DNA of 64,000 bases from Ostrea edulis (Eukaryota), in NCBI RefSeq assembly GCF_947568905.1, contig NC_079170.1, forward strand, positions 83,638,001-83,702,000. Direction: 5' to 3'. The first letter of the stretch is position 1; each line of letters opens with the position of its first letter. A model generated the notes under the pieces. The model was not told the origin of the DNA. It made no database searches and saw nothing but the letters and a program-made list of their open reading frames with translations. Of the stretch, positions 51,701 to 62,975 are shown one piece after another. The position numbers were made by a program, and so were the translations under genes.

Positions 51701-54623
51701 AGTGTATAGGTGTGAGTGTGTACAGGTGTGAGTATGTACAGGTGTGATTGTGTACAGGTGTGAGTGTGTACAGGTGTGATTATGTACAGGTGTGATTATG
51801 TACAGGTGTGATTGTGTACAGGTGTGATTATGTACAGGTGTGATTATGTACAGGTGTGATTGTGTACAGGTGTGAGTGTGTACAGGTGTGGGTGTGTACA
51901 TGTGTGATTGTGTACAGGTGTGAGTGTGTACAGGTGTGAGTGTGTACAGGTGTGGGTGTGTACATGTGTGATTGTGTACAGGTGTGAGTGTGTACAGGTG
52001 TGAGTGTGTACAGGTAGGAGTGTGTACAGGTTTGAGTGTGTACAGTGTGATGGTGTACAGGTGTAAGGGGACAGGAGCGAATGTTTACATGTGTGAATGT
52101 GTACAGGTGTGATTGTGTACATCTGTGAGTATGTACAGGTGTGATTGTGTACATGTGTGTACAGGTGAGAGTGTACAGGTGCAAGTGTGTACAGGTGTGA
52201 GTGTATACATGTGTGATTGTGTACAGGTGTGATTGTGTACAGGTGTGATTGTGTACATATGTGATTGTGTACAGGTGTGATTGTGTACAGGTGTGATTGT
52301 GTACAGGTGTGTGTGTACATGTGTGAGTGTGTAGAGGTGTGATTGTGTAGAGGTGTGAGTGTGTAGAGGTGTGATTGTGTACAGGTGTGAGTATGTACAG
52401 GTGTGTGTGTGTACAGGTGTGATTGTGTAGAGGTGTGATTGTGTAGAGGTGTGATTGTGTAGAGGTGTAAGTGTGCACAGGTGTGATTGTACAGGAGCAA
52501 ATGTTTACATGTGTGAGTGTGTGCAGGTGTGATTGTGTACATGTGTGAGTGTGTGCAGGTGAGTGTACAGGTGTGAGTCTGTACATGTGTGTGTGTGTGT
52601 GTACATATGTGAGTGTGTAGAGGTATGATTGTGTAGAGGTGTGAGTGTGTAGAGGTGTGATTGTGTACAGGTGTGAGTATGTACAGGTGTGTGTGTGTAC
52701 AGGTGTGATTGTGTAGAGGTGTGATTGTGTATAGGTGTGATTGTGTAGAGGTGTGAGTGTGCACAGGTGTGATTGTACAGGAGCAAATGTTTACATGTGT
52801 GAGTGTGTGCAGGTGTGATTGTGTACATGTGTGAGTGTGTGCAGGTGAGTATACAGGTGTGAGTCTGTACATGTGTGTGTGTGTGTGTACATATGTGAGT
52901 GTGTAGAGGTATGATTGTGTAGAGGTGTGATTGTGTATATCTCTGATTGTGTAGAGGTGTGATTGTGTACAGGTGTGAGTATGTACAGGTGTGTGTGTGT
53001 GTACAGGTGTGATTGTGTAGAGGTGTGATTGTGTAGAGGTGTGAGTGTACACAGGTGTGATTGTACAGGAGCAAATGTTTACATGTGTGAGTGTGTACAG
53101 GTGGGTGTGTACAGGTGTGAGTATGTACAAGTGTGATGGTGTACAGGTGTGAATGTGTACAGCTTTGAGTGTGTACAGGTGTGAGTGTATACAGGTGTGA
53201 GTGTGTACAGGTGTGATTGTGTACAGGTGTGATTGTGTACAGGTGTGAGTATGTAGAGGTGTGATTGTACAGGAGCAAATGTTTACATGTGTGATTGAGT
53301 ACAGGTGTGATTGTGTACAGGTGTGATTGTGTACAGGTGTGATAGTGTACAGGTGTGATGGTGTACAAGTTTGAATGTGTACAGGTGTGAGTAGTGTGTA
53401 CAGGTGTGAGTAGTGTGTGCAGGTGTGAGTATGTACAGGTGTGAGTGTGTACAGGTGATTGTGTATAGGTGTGAGTGTGTACAGGTGCGAGTGTGTACAG
53501 GTTTGAGTGTGTACAGGTGTGATGGTGTACAGGTGTGAGTGTGTACAGGTGTGAGTGTATACAGGTGTGGGTGTGTATGAGTGTGAGTGTGTACAGGTGT
53601 GATTGTGTATATGTGTGAGTGTGTACAGGTAGGAGTGTGTACAGGTGTGATTGTGTATATCTCTGATTGTGTAGAGGTGTGATTGTGTACAGGTGTGATT
53701 GTGTACAGGTGTGATGGTGTACAGGTGTGATGGTGTACAGGTGTGAGTGTGTTAGATAGACTTACTGTTGTATTTTCCACCATGATCTTTGATAAAATCT
53801 TCAATAATTACAGGTAGAGATGTGAAATCCTGATTTCTGGCCAGTTCATACACAGAGGGCTGAAGGATTAAAAAAAAACCCATTAAAGTTCAATAGCCAT
53901 AACATATAAACAGGTATATAACATATAAACATATAAACAGGTATATAACATATAAACATATAAACAGGTATATAACATATAAACAGGTCTATAACATATA
54001 AAAAATGAAACTTAAGTAGTATTGAGTATAATTATTTGAGTACATTTTTCTTGGTGAATTGCGGAATACTGGTACATTGTTACACCACTGGTACTTACTG
54101 CTGTCAAACTGTAGTCTGGTACTTACCCCTATCAAACTAGTCTGGTATTTATTTTTGTCAAACTGTTGTCTGGTACTTACCCCTGTTAAACTATAGTCTG
54201 TTACTTACCGCTGTAAAACTGTAGTCTGGTACTTACCCCTGTCAAACTTACTTACCCCTGTCAAACTGTAGTCTGGTACTTACCCCTGTCAAACTGTAGT
54301 CTGGTACTTACCCCTGTCAAACTGTAGTCTTGGAGTCCCCAGTGTTTTCCATCTGATGACTTTGCACAGCAAAGGGCCGCAACTCCCATTCCTATAGCGC
54401 ATATTGGCTCTGCAAGAACACACTTTTATCTATATATCATTGACATTTACTATGAAATATTGGTGTTTGGTAAATGTTCACACAATATCAACAAAATGCC
54501 CAAATATTAAAAAACAAAACAGTTATTTGATAAATGATATACAATAATGATTAGTTATAGATCCTGATACCAGGGGGAGTGGACAGGGGGCCATTTCTCC
54601 TACCAGGTCCTCCCTCACCCTCT

Positions 54624-54680
<57 letters not shown>

Positions 54681-57600
54681 TCCACCCTTCTTTGTATTCC
54701 ATTGCCTCTGTCTGCCCTTCCCTCTCACCCCTGCCTTGACCTCTCTCTCTCCCTACTCTTTCTCTCTACTGTCTCCTTTACATTGCCTTTATCTTCCCTC
54801 CTCTCTCATCTCTGCCTATTAACTCCTCTCTTCTCTCTCTCTACTGCCTCCTTTACATTGCCTTTATCTTCCCTCCCCTCTCATCTCTGCCTATTAACTC
54901 CTCTCTTCTCTCTCTCTACTGCCTCCTTTACATTGCCTTTATCTTCCCTCCCCTCTCATCTCTGCCTATTAACTCCTCTCTTCTCTCTCTCTACTGCCTC
55001 CTTTACATTGTCTTTATCTTCCCTCCTCTCTCATCTCTGCCTATTAACTCCTCTCTTCTCTCTCTCTACTGCCTCCTTTACATTGCCTTTATCTTCCCTC
55101 CCCTCTCATCTCTGCCTATTAACTCCTCTCTTCTCTCTCTCTACTGCCTCCTTTACATTGTCTTTATCTTCCCTCCTCTCTCATCTCTGCCTATTAACTC
55201 CTCTCTTCTCTCTCTCTACTGCCTCCTTTACATTGCCTTTATCTTCCCTCCCCTCTCATCTCTGCCTATTAACTCCTCTCTTCTCTCTCTCTACTGCCTC
55301 CTTTACATTGCCTTTATCTTCCCTCCCCTCTCATCTCTGCCTATTAACTCCTCTCTTCTCTCTCTCTACTGCCTCCTTTACATTGTCTTTATCTTCCCTC
55401 CTCTCTCATCTCTGCCTATTAACTCCTCTCTTCTCTCTCTCTACTGTATCTTCTTTTACATTGCCTGTATCTGCCCTTCTCTTCCTCCCATCATCTCGAT
55501 CTCTCCCTGTGACATCTCTCTAACACATACATATCATTACTATTTTCTCTGTCTTGACTAACCTTTATGAAAAGTTACTAATGATGTTGAACCTTTCACT
55601 ACATACTTACAGATTTATTACTTAATATATAAGTAAGCAATCCTCTGACCAAAGATTTTTATCTGCATGCTTATTGAGTAAGTCTTCAGATTGGGGGTGG
55701 GGTGGGGTGGGGTATGAAATGGGACCAGGGCATAGCTCTTGAGGGATGTCAAGGGGCATAGGAAAATGTTTCCAATAGTGCATAGTGGTACCTTAGTAAT
55801 CATGTGAACCCTACCTCATCGTGTATCACCTGGGTGTGGGGATTTGGTCCATTTCACCAAAAGAATTTAGATCAAGATTTTTTGTTGCTGTCTTACATGT
55901 ACAATCAACAAAAGGAATACTAATACAGTTTTTCATCCATAGATATTTGCAAGTACAAAATTACAAAGGAAATGTAGAAAAGAGAAGCTTAATTTGATAT
56001 GAACTAGTAGAATAGACTTGTGTGTTGGTTTTGAGAGAATGTTGGATTGTACAGTTTAAAGACAGGAAGTCAACTGAAAAATTTAATGAAAATCTAACGG
56101 TTGAAATATACAGTGAGAAAAAATGGGTCATTTTGGCTGTACGATGTATCTATTTCATTTTTCAAAAGAATACTGTTGGATTGTACTGTATCTTACTTTT
56201 CTCTTTGATGAAATGCGTGATGATCTGGCAGAGTTCTGGGTTGTTTGCTAAATCATGAACCGACCCCGGGGAGGACGGAATCAAAAGGGCTGAATATCTG
56301 GCCGCTTCAATGAAAAATGTCAACATGCAGTTCTAAAAAAGGAGTGAATATCTAGTCGCTTCAACGAAAAATGTCAACAATTCTCAAAAAGGGCGGAATA
56401 TCTGGCTGCTTCAACGAAAAATGTCAACAATTCTCAAAAAGGGCTGAATATCTGGCCACTTCAATAAAAAATGTCAACAGTTCTCAAAAAGGGCCGAATA
56501 TCTGGCCGCTTCAACGAAAAATGTCAATAGTTCTCAAAAAATAGGGCAGAATATCTGGCCGCTTCAACGAAAAATGTCAACAGTTCTCAAAAAGGGCTGA
56601 ATATCTGGCCACTTCAATGAAAAATGTCAACAGTTCTCAAAAAGGGCTAAATATCTGGCTGCTTCAACGAAAAATGTCAACAGTTTTCATTTTAAATTTA
56701 ATTTTTGTGTTACTTCAATATGCATTTTTAAAAAAAGATAATCTCGATCGTCACATTGAAAAAAGAATCAAGACTGTTACAAAAGTCCATTCTAATCAGT
56801 GCTTGCTTTACGTTCTAATCAGTGCTTGCTTTACGTTCTAATCAGTGCTTGCTTTACTGCTTATTTTCAAAAATTACATAGATCATTTGGAATGAGTAAC
56901 AATATATTTTATCTTTGACTGTAAAAATCTGCTTATCTTGAGACTCACAGTCAACAGTTTCAAACGGAATTGGATTCGACGAGGATTTGCTTCTGAACTC
57001 GTTAAACCACCGCCTGTTGTGGTCATCTTGCTGGACATATTCTACATTCTTACCCTGGAACAAATACCAAAAAAAAGTTTAACGTATTCTGTATTTTTAC
57101 TCTGACTTATTTGTAGGGAATTCTTAGGAACACCTATATATGTTTTCTTATAGCAATGATTTCTTGTATTGATTCCAAGGAAGTTCTTTTTCAGTTCATA
57201 TATCCATGCATATTTTCAAAATAAAAGGTTATACAAACCTAATGATATACATATTCTAACAACAACATATACTGCATTTATTATCGAAACGAATAATCAC
57301 TATACAGTTTTAAAAAAGGTTTTTGTTTGTATGTCATTTGCCTTTGTTATAAACATACAATATTTTTACAGTTAATCACATTTCTGAATGCATACATATA
57401 TAGTTATATAATTATTTACATTTCCAATGTTTTTACCTTCGAGATATCTTTATCGATTGAAATGATAGCAATTTCCTCATGAAGGTGAATAATGTGCATA
57501 TGAATCTTGATAAATGCTCGATCAACTGAGCTATCTGGCCACTAGCAATCAAACCCACCTGACCATAACACACACCCCCCCCCCCCAATGTATTCACATC

Positions 57601-59566
57601 TTGAAGACATCAATCCATGATCTTTATCCCCTCAGGCAGACATTTTCACCTTTCAGTTTGAGGGGCTGGTCGTCAGCACCAAATGTAACAGGAAGGGAGA
57701 AAATACAACAGACCAGACTGGGTATTAATTGATAAACCCGGGCCCCCTGGATCTCTAGTCAGGTGCTCTACTAATTGAGCTTAATCTGGCCACCAGCAAT
57801 CAAACCTGCTTGACCCCTCATACATGTGTAACAGGAAGAGAGAAAATGCAACGGACCAGACCGGAATTCAAACCTGGATCCCCTGAATCTCTACCAACTG
57901 ATCAGCTAACTGGCCAACGGCGATCGAACCCGACTGACCGCTACATATATATAATATCAAATCAATACAAAACATGATATATATATAACTGCCACCATCA
58001 TTACACTGCGACTGTAAAGTCTGAAACAAGAATCAGTTTTGTTCAGGTCATGCTTTGGAATATGTTATACTGATATTCAATGTCTGATTAAGCATGCAGT
58101 ATTACTTTGTAAATAATAATATTAGAAAACATTCTGTAATTTAAAATTAATTTACATTAGAGATATGATTATATATGATTATTTGAAAATACAAAGACAA
58201 AACTGAAAACCAACACTGATTAAGATTCTCATGAGTCTAGAATACCACATGGTATTCAATAAGGTATAAGAAAAAAAAAAGAAATTACTTAAAGGATCTA
58301 AATTTCTAAACTTAAGAGTTTGATGAACAGAACACCATACATCACGAGATTAAATATTGAATTCATTTCTATGCACCATGTGCATTCTCATGATGTGTTG
58401 GTGTTTTGTTCATTTCTCTGAAATGATTTGAAGATGACAATGTCATTCAGGCTGTGTATGCTGGAGGAGCTGGCAGCTGGCAGAGTGGACCCAAGATTCC
58501 ACACATTTAGTAGGCTGATCTCGCTCATAAAAATGGGATCTAAGATAGTTTTTTTTTTAATGTTCATCAGATACAATATCTAATACATGCTACACATAAT
58601 TATGATTAAATATACTGGTAACAATGTTCGATTGCACAATAAGTCACATAAACTATAATTTTCATTGTGGATCTGCGGTAAGCAGTACATCACAGACTGA
58701 CTATACAGACTCTATAATAGTAATACATAAATGTTGCACAATTACAATTTATCTATAACTGGCACAATGCACATTTTCAATTTTCTATACATGTACATGT
58801 TACACATTTACAATTTTCTATTCACGTGTTTACAATTTTTTACTTACATGTCACACATTTACATTTTTTATTTTACGCGTTTACAATTTTCTACTTACAT
58901 GAGGTGAAGATAACTGTATGGAGAAATTTGAACTTGCGAGGGTATATGCCTGAATAAAGGAATGGGCTGTAACACCTGGAAAAAACAACAACCAAGTTTC
59001 CACTCAACTACTGTACTCTTCTTAATTAACTAATATTCCCCAGTGTCAACTGCGTGATTCTAAATCTTACAATTAATATATATATATATCAACTATACTG
59101 TTCTAAATCTTATAATAAATGCTCAGCAGTATATAAACTACTGTTCTAAATCATATATAATCAATACTCCCCATTACAAACTGATGAAGGAGTCAGTCTG
59201 CCCTATTAGAAAATTAATCCTGAACTTGAGGAACTGTAGACACAATGAGGAAATTATACTCATCAAGAATTCACAGCCAGGTACAACAGTTTATAGGTAA
59301 ATGTTCATTAAACCGGAATTTATCTCTTGATGTATACATGCAGACTCCTTATCAACAAAGAAAATTTAAATCAGACACGCCCACTTTTAAAGATAATTTT
59401 CACTTAACCATTCATATTGAAATCAAAATCCGATGGTGATGGGGGAAAGGGCATGGCATCATGTCCATAATAGAGGTTTAGTCCAGATTTGATTCTTATT
59501 TTTTCTATAATTACCTTCAACGGCTGAACTTAACACCATCAAACAGTGTAATCTGGGCGCAGACAT
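48715..59566 (-). CDS. GATD1: Glutamine amidotransferase-like class 1 domain-containing protein 1 (PDDC1), 216 aa, 7 exons
   Basis: Exons 59566-59515, 58975-58899, 57054-56949, 56304-56197, 54409-54312, 53859-53766 and 48830-48715 join in frame (651 nt). Translation: [24 protein letters not shown]...[10 protein letters not shown]...[13 protein letters not shown]...[15 protein letters not shown]...DYSLTGPSVYEL...[11 protein letters not shown]...[16 protein letters not shown]...AVQNL. It is colinear with the human GATD1 motifs as I recall them. Confidence 0.92.
48821..50325. repeat. 29-30-bp minisatellite made from the GATD1 exon 7 splice acceptor, split by a Helentron
   Basis: Minus-strand unit ...CTTTTTCAG|GTAGTGATACGTACTGAA. 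Arrays at 48821-49008 and 50072-50325. Confidence 0.85.
49009..50076 (-). mobile_element. Second Helentron-like element with the same satellite, inserted in a minisatellite in GATD1 intron 6
   Basis: Reverse-complement termini CAAGAGGCCCAAGGGCCACAT... and ...GGCTCAGATGAGCTAAAA, with ~5 satellite units. Confidence 0.8.
51700..53750. repeat. ~2-kb array of a ~16-bp unit (GTGTACAGGTGTGATT/GAGT) with higher-order duplications
   Basis: Seen directly. It produces the spurious His/Thr-rich ORFs. Confidence 0.95.
53900..54005. repeat. Short AT-rich tandem repeat (CATATAAACAGGTATATAA)
   Basis: Seen directly. Confidence 0.7.
54088..54330. repeat. 28-bp minisatellite made from the GATD1 exon 5 splice donor, ~9 copies
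   Basis: Minus-strand unit GACTACAGTTTGACAGGG|GTAAGTACCA. Confidence 0.88.
54626..55460. repeat. (CT)n microsatellite followed by a 75-bp pyrimidine-rich minisatellite, ~9 copies
   Basis: CTACTGCCTCC recurs at 54841, 54916 and so on (75-bp period). Confidence 0.9.
56283..56687. repeat. 50-bp minisatellite made from the GATD1 exon 4 splice acceptor, 8 copies
   Basis: Minus-strand unit GAGAACTGTTGACATTTTTCGTTGAAG|CGGCCAGATATTCAGCCCTTTTT. Confidence 0.88.
57501..57945 (-). mobile_element. TRIM-like element whose LTRs contain a tRNA-like sequence
   Basis: LTR-like units TG...TGTTACA at 57827-57945 and 57684-57824, and a partial one at 57501-57572. They have A-box (AGCTCAGTTGGTAGAGC-like) and B-box (GGTTCGAATCC-like) remnants. 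A PBS-like TTTGGTGC (57676-57683) and a G-run PPT (57575-57586) lie between two LTRs. Confidence 0.6.
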
Positions 59567-61562
59567 CTTTATATCTAAACCTGTTCTCCGAGCCCGATGT
59601 CAAAATTCAGAGAAAAATCATCCAAACATTCAGGTTTCATAAAGTGTTTCAAGAATTCTACTCTGATTATTATGAAATGAAATATTAAAAGCCTAAATAT
59701 TTCGTGAAAAAAATGCAACATTTTTTTTTCTTCCACTGCACAAACGAAACAAGACCTTTTCCGGTTTTGATATAAACAAAATACCTATCTTCTTGTACTT
59801 CCGATGTTGAATCACGACCAATATTCGCATTGGATGGATCGAGAAGAGCGTAATACAGAGTTTGATTGGACAGATGGTTTGGAAAAATATCCAATTCACT
59901 GCAGAAACGAGGGAAAATTAATACCACGGGATATAAAGGTGCAAAACACTGTCTATTCTATTTAGAGAAGTGGACAGCCTACATCCAAGCTTTGCCTGTC
60001 CACCAATACTTATCACCATGTATATATGCCTACAAAAGTGTACATATCGCCTGTCATGAAAATGTGCGACATGACAGGTGCTTTGATTTGAATGTATAAA
60101 TGGGGGCACATAAACTACATACCATAAGTATATTTTGCACTAAGGCACAAGCACCTGTTTGTGGCATTGCCGCATTGGTGAAAATTAATGTATTGACTGC
60201 ATGTTCAGGACAAATAAAAAAAAAAATCTGCTAGTTCAGAAATATCGAGAATAAATGCCCAATCTAGTGAACGAGTGGATTTACCTTCTTACAGATAAAA
60301 TATATCAGGTAATTGTTTTGCAACCAGGGGTCCTAAAATAGACCCATGCAGCACCTGGCCCACAGGGGCCTTGTGTCACAACATATATATCTATGATGTT
60401 ACTATAACAACATGAAAGAGGCCACTCAAAACATCCCTACTTCTTTCTTGCACTTTCTACTTTGATATAGCCCCACACCTCCACCACCTCTGGCACATGA
60501 GGGAAATCCCCGAATTGGATCGAGAACTTTCTTTTACATACATGTACATGTATGGTGTGTCCAGGGGTTCATGTTTGCCCAACTTAATTTCTATTTTGTA
60601 TTCCTTGTGGGAGTTATCAGATTGATCACTGTTCGTTATCTTCGCCTTTCATGTACCAACAACTCAAATATCAGTCCTAGTAGTTATATGTATGTACTAT
60701 CTGAAGTTCCACAAAGACCTGCACTTTCTATCATTACCTTAAGAACATTCAAGAATCCACTTATGATTTTTAAAGAGGCGAGTTGGAAAATGGAAGACCA
60801 CTATACTCATCCCAATATTGACATTCTGTGGATGGTAGTACTGTGTCTTCTATAGGAGAGCTGCCTGTTTAACTGGGCCTGGACGAAGGTTCAAACACTA
60901 CGACGAAACAGAAAACTAGTTTGTTAGCATTACACTAGTTTTACACGTGTTATATCAAATTGATATAGTCAAACTCATTATCTCGAACTCGATGCAGGGG
61001 CCAAAAAAGGACCTCCAGGTATGCAATGTTTCGAGATATAATCGAGGTAAAAATACGAAGAAAATGTAGTTGGGATTTCTAACCCACTTCAACACATCCT
61101 TGGTATTTGCGATACCAAAGTTTAAATGTACATATACATATACAACAAGTCGCTTCTGGTCAGGGATCGTCACATGCTGTTGATTGTTAGACCGTGAACA
61201 AGGGCAGCATTCAGTGAGTTTGAAGAAATTTTGGAACAATACTTTCAATTTTAAAATTTATGAGATTGAAACAGTGATAAACACGATTCAGAACCCAGAG
61301 ACTACAGTATTGGAGTCATTCTCTCATAGGGATTACAGCTGATAGAGTTTTTTCAATCTTGTGTCTGTTAACCGCTGACCTGAGAAGACTTAATGGGAAT
61401 GGTTCCAATCCTGATCTGATCCAATGCACTTTCTTTTATATTAAACTGCAAAAGTTGTATATGACCCATTGATCGCACTCTTTTGGTATTACAGACAATT
61501 TTAATTATGCACCTACATGTATGTAATGTACGCATGTAAAATAATTTTATTTCATTTTTCAG

Positions 61563-62330
61563 TTTCGGTATGTGAAGCACAATCTCCCAGGGTCTGGCAT
61601 CAGTACAGAGAAATTTAACTCGGACCTGGAGGGCTGTCTCTGCAAGGAATGTCAAAACAACTGTCCATGTGTTCAGCGATTCGGGAAAAACTACTCGGAA
61701 GACGGCAAACTCTTAACCAAATACCTCTGTGGAGAGGAAAGCAAAGCAATAGTCGAGTGCAACAGTAACTGCCAATGTTCAAATAAGTGTGAAAACAGGA
61801 ATGTCCAGTATGGTGTCCGGGTACAACTGGAGCTCTTCTGTGTGGCAAACAAGGGATTGGGGGTCATAACTCTCGAAGACCTAAAACCAGGGATGTTTGT
61901 GTGTGAATATGCAGGGGAAGTACTCTCGTACGAAGAGGCCCAGAAACGGACCCTCGCTCAAGGGAAAGAAGACATGAATTACATTATAACTGTCAATGAA
62001 CACTGTAAGAGTGGGGTAATAAAAACATATGTGGATCCTCGATACTTTGGCAACATTGGTCGATTTTTAAATCACAGTTGTGATCCTAATTTGACGATGC
62101 TCCCAATTCGAGTGAACAATGAAATTCCCTTGTTGTGTTTGTTTGCCAACAGAGAAATATGTATTGGAGAAGAGTTGACTTTTCATTATGGACTCCCCAG
62201 TGAAACAGACAGTAGATTCCATTGTCATTTGGAAGATGACACAGATTTACTGCCGTGTCACTGTGGTGCACAAGCATGTACTGGTTATCTGCCCTTTGAT
62301 GAGAGTTTATTCATGAATGTGAAGAGCTAG
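61563..62330 (+). CDS. SETMAR: SETMAR-like histone-lysine N-methyltransferase (pre-SET/SET/post-SET only, no transposase), main exon
   Basis: Acceptor ttttcag|TTT. Pre-SET GCLCKECQNNCPC...ECNSNCQCSNKCENRNVQ; SET motifs GLGV, FVCEYAGEV, RFLNHSCDPN, ELTFHYG; post-SET CHCGAQACTGYLP; stop at 62330. A possible first exon is 60790-60834 (MEDHYTHPNIDILWM|GTAGTA), low confidence. Confidence 0.85.
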   Translation, partial: FRYVKHNLPGSGISTEKFNSDLEGCLCKECQNNCPCVQRFGKNYSEDGKLLTKYLCGEESKAIVECNSNCQCSNKCENRNVQYGVRVQLELFCVANKGLGVITLEDLKPGMFVCEYAGEVLSYEEAQKRTLAQGKEDMNYIITVNEHCKSGVIKTYVDPRYFGNIGRFLNHSCDPNLTMLPIRVNNEIPLLCLFANREICIGEELTFHYGLPSETDSRFHCHLEDDTDLLPCHCGAQACTGYLPFDESLFMNVKS

Positions 62331-62817
62331 ACTGAATTTGAAACTTGAAAACAAGCCTTCGATTTCTTTAAAAAAATAAACTCATATTTCATAAAAGACT
62401 GTAATTTATTTACAGAAGAAAATACTTTTCCCACATATCCATTCAGTACATATGATACTTGTACTAAAACAAATACAATAAGTCAGATGATATGATCTGA
62501 TCTACACATTTGGCATCCTAATCCATTGGCATTCTGTCATACAAATAGTTTCATCATATAATTTCAATCCAACAACTTAACCATGAATAAATATGAATCT
62601 GGCTAAAAATATGTATCCATGCAGTAATTATTCCAGATGTTCCATATGCTTTTATAAAACAACAGTTCACAATTTTCCTGAAACTTGGTAGTCAGATGAA
62701 AACTTTAGATAATAGACTGTCTCAGAAATTTACACAATAAATGACATCAAACAAAGTGTACAGAAATGTTGTTTTTATATTTGACTGTTCATACATTCTA
62801 AGATGAATTTCCATACA

Positions 62818-62975
62818 TCAGCTTGGTTCATGAGTTTGAAATAATTTGTAGATTTCTGGTTTCCTTGCTAGCATTCCTGGTAGATTGCCAGAGTTGTCAG
62901 CCTTGATTACAGCACCATGTTTCAACAGAAACCGACATGCCTCCTCATGCTGGGCCCCTGCTGCAATGTGTAATG
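62818..62975 (-). CDS. Terminal exon of an ankyrin-repeat protein (rest of gene beyond the window)
   Basis: Acceptor ctctttgcag|CA, then LHIAAGAQHEEACRFLLKHGAVIKADNSGNLPGMLARKPEIYKLFQTHEPS*. This fits the ankyrin consensus LH.AA..G...v..LL..GA. Confidence 0.75.

Noticed and set aside
51641-53804. Long His/Thr-rich ORFs (up to 428 aa) in several minus frames
   Set aside because: They are translations of the 16-bp tandem array inside GATD1 intron 6. They are open in multiple frames only because the unit lacks stops.
54579-55523. 314-aa Leu/Ser-rich ORF
   Set aside because: It is the read-through of (CT)n and the 75-bp minisatellite, starts at GTG, and lies antisense within a GATD1 intron.
58388-58576. 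Coding-looking segment in GATD1 intron 2
   Set aside because: The GATD1 model is complete without it and no frame on either strand was recognisable.
59685-59927. ORFs upstream of the GATD1 ATG
   Set aside because: An AG...GT-bounded segment (~59788-59899) may be a 5' UTR exon, but GATD1 homology starts at 59566, so it was not called CDS.
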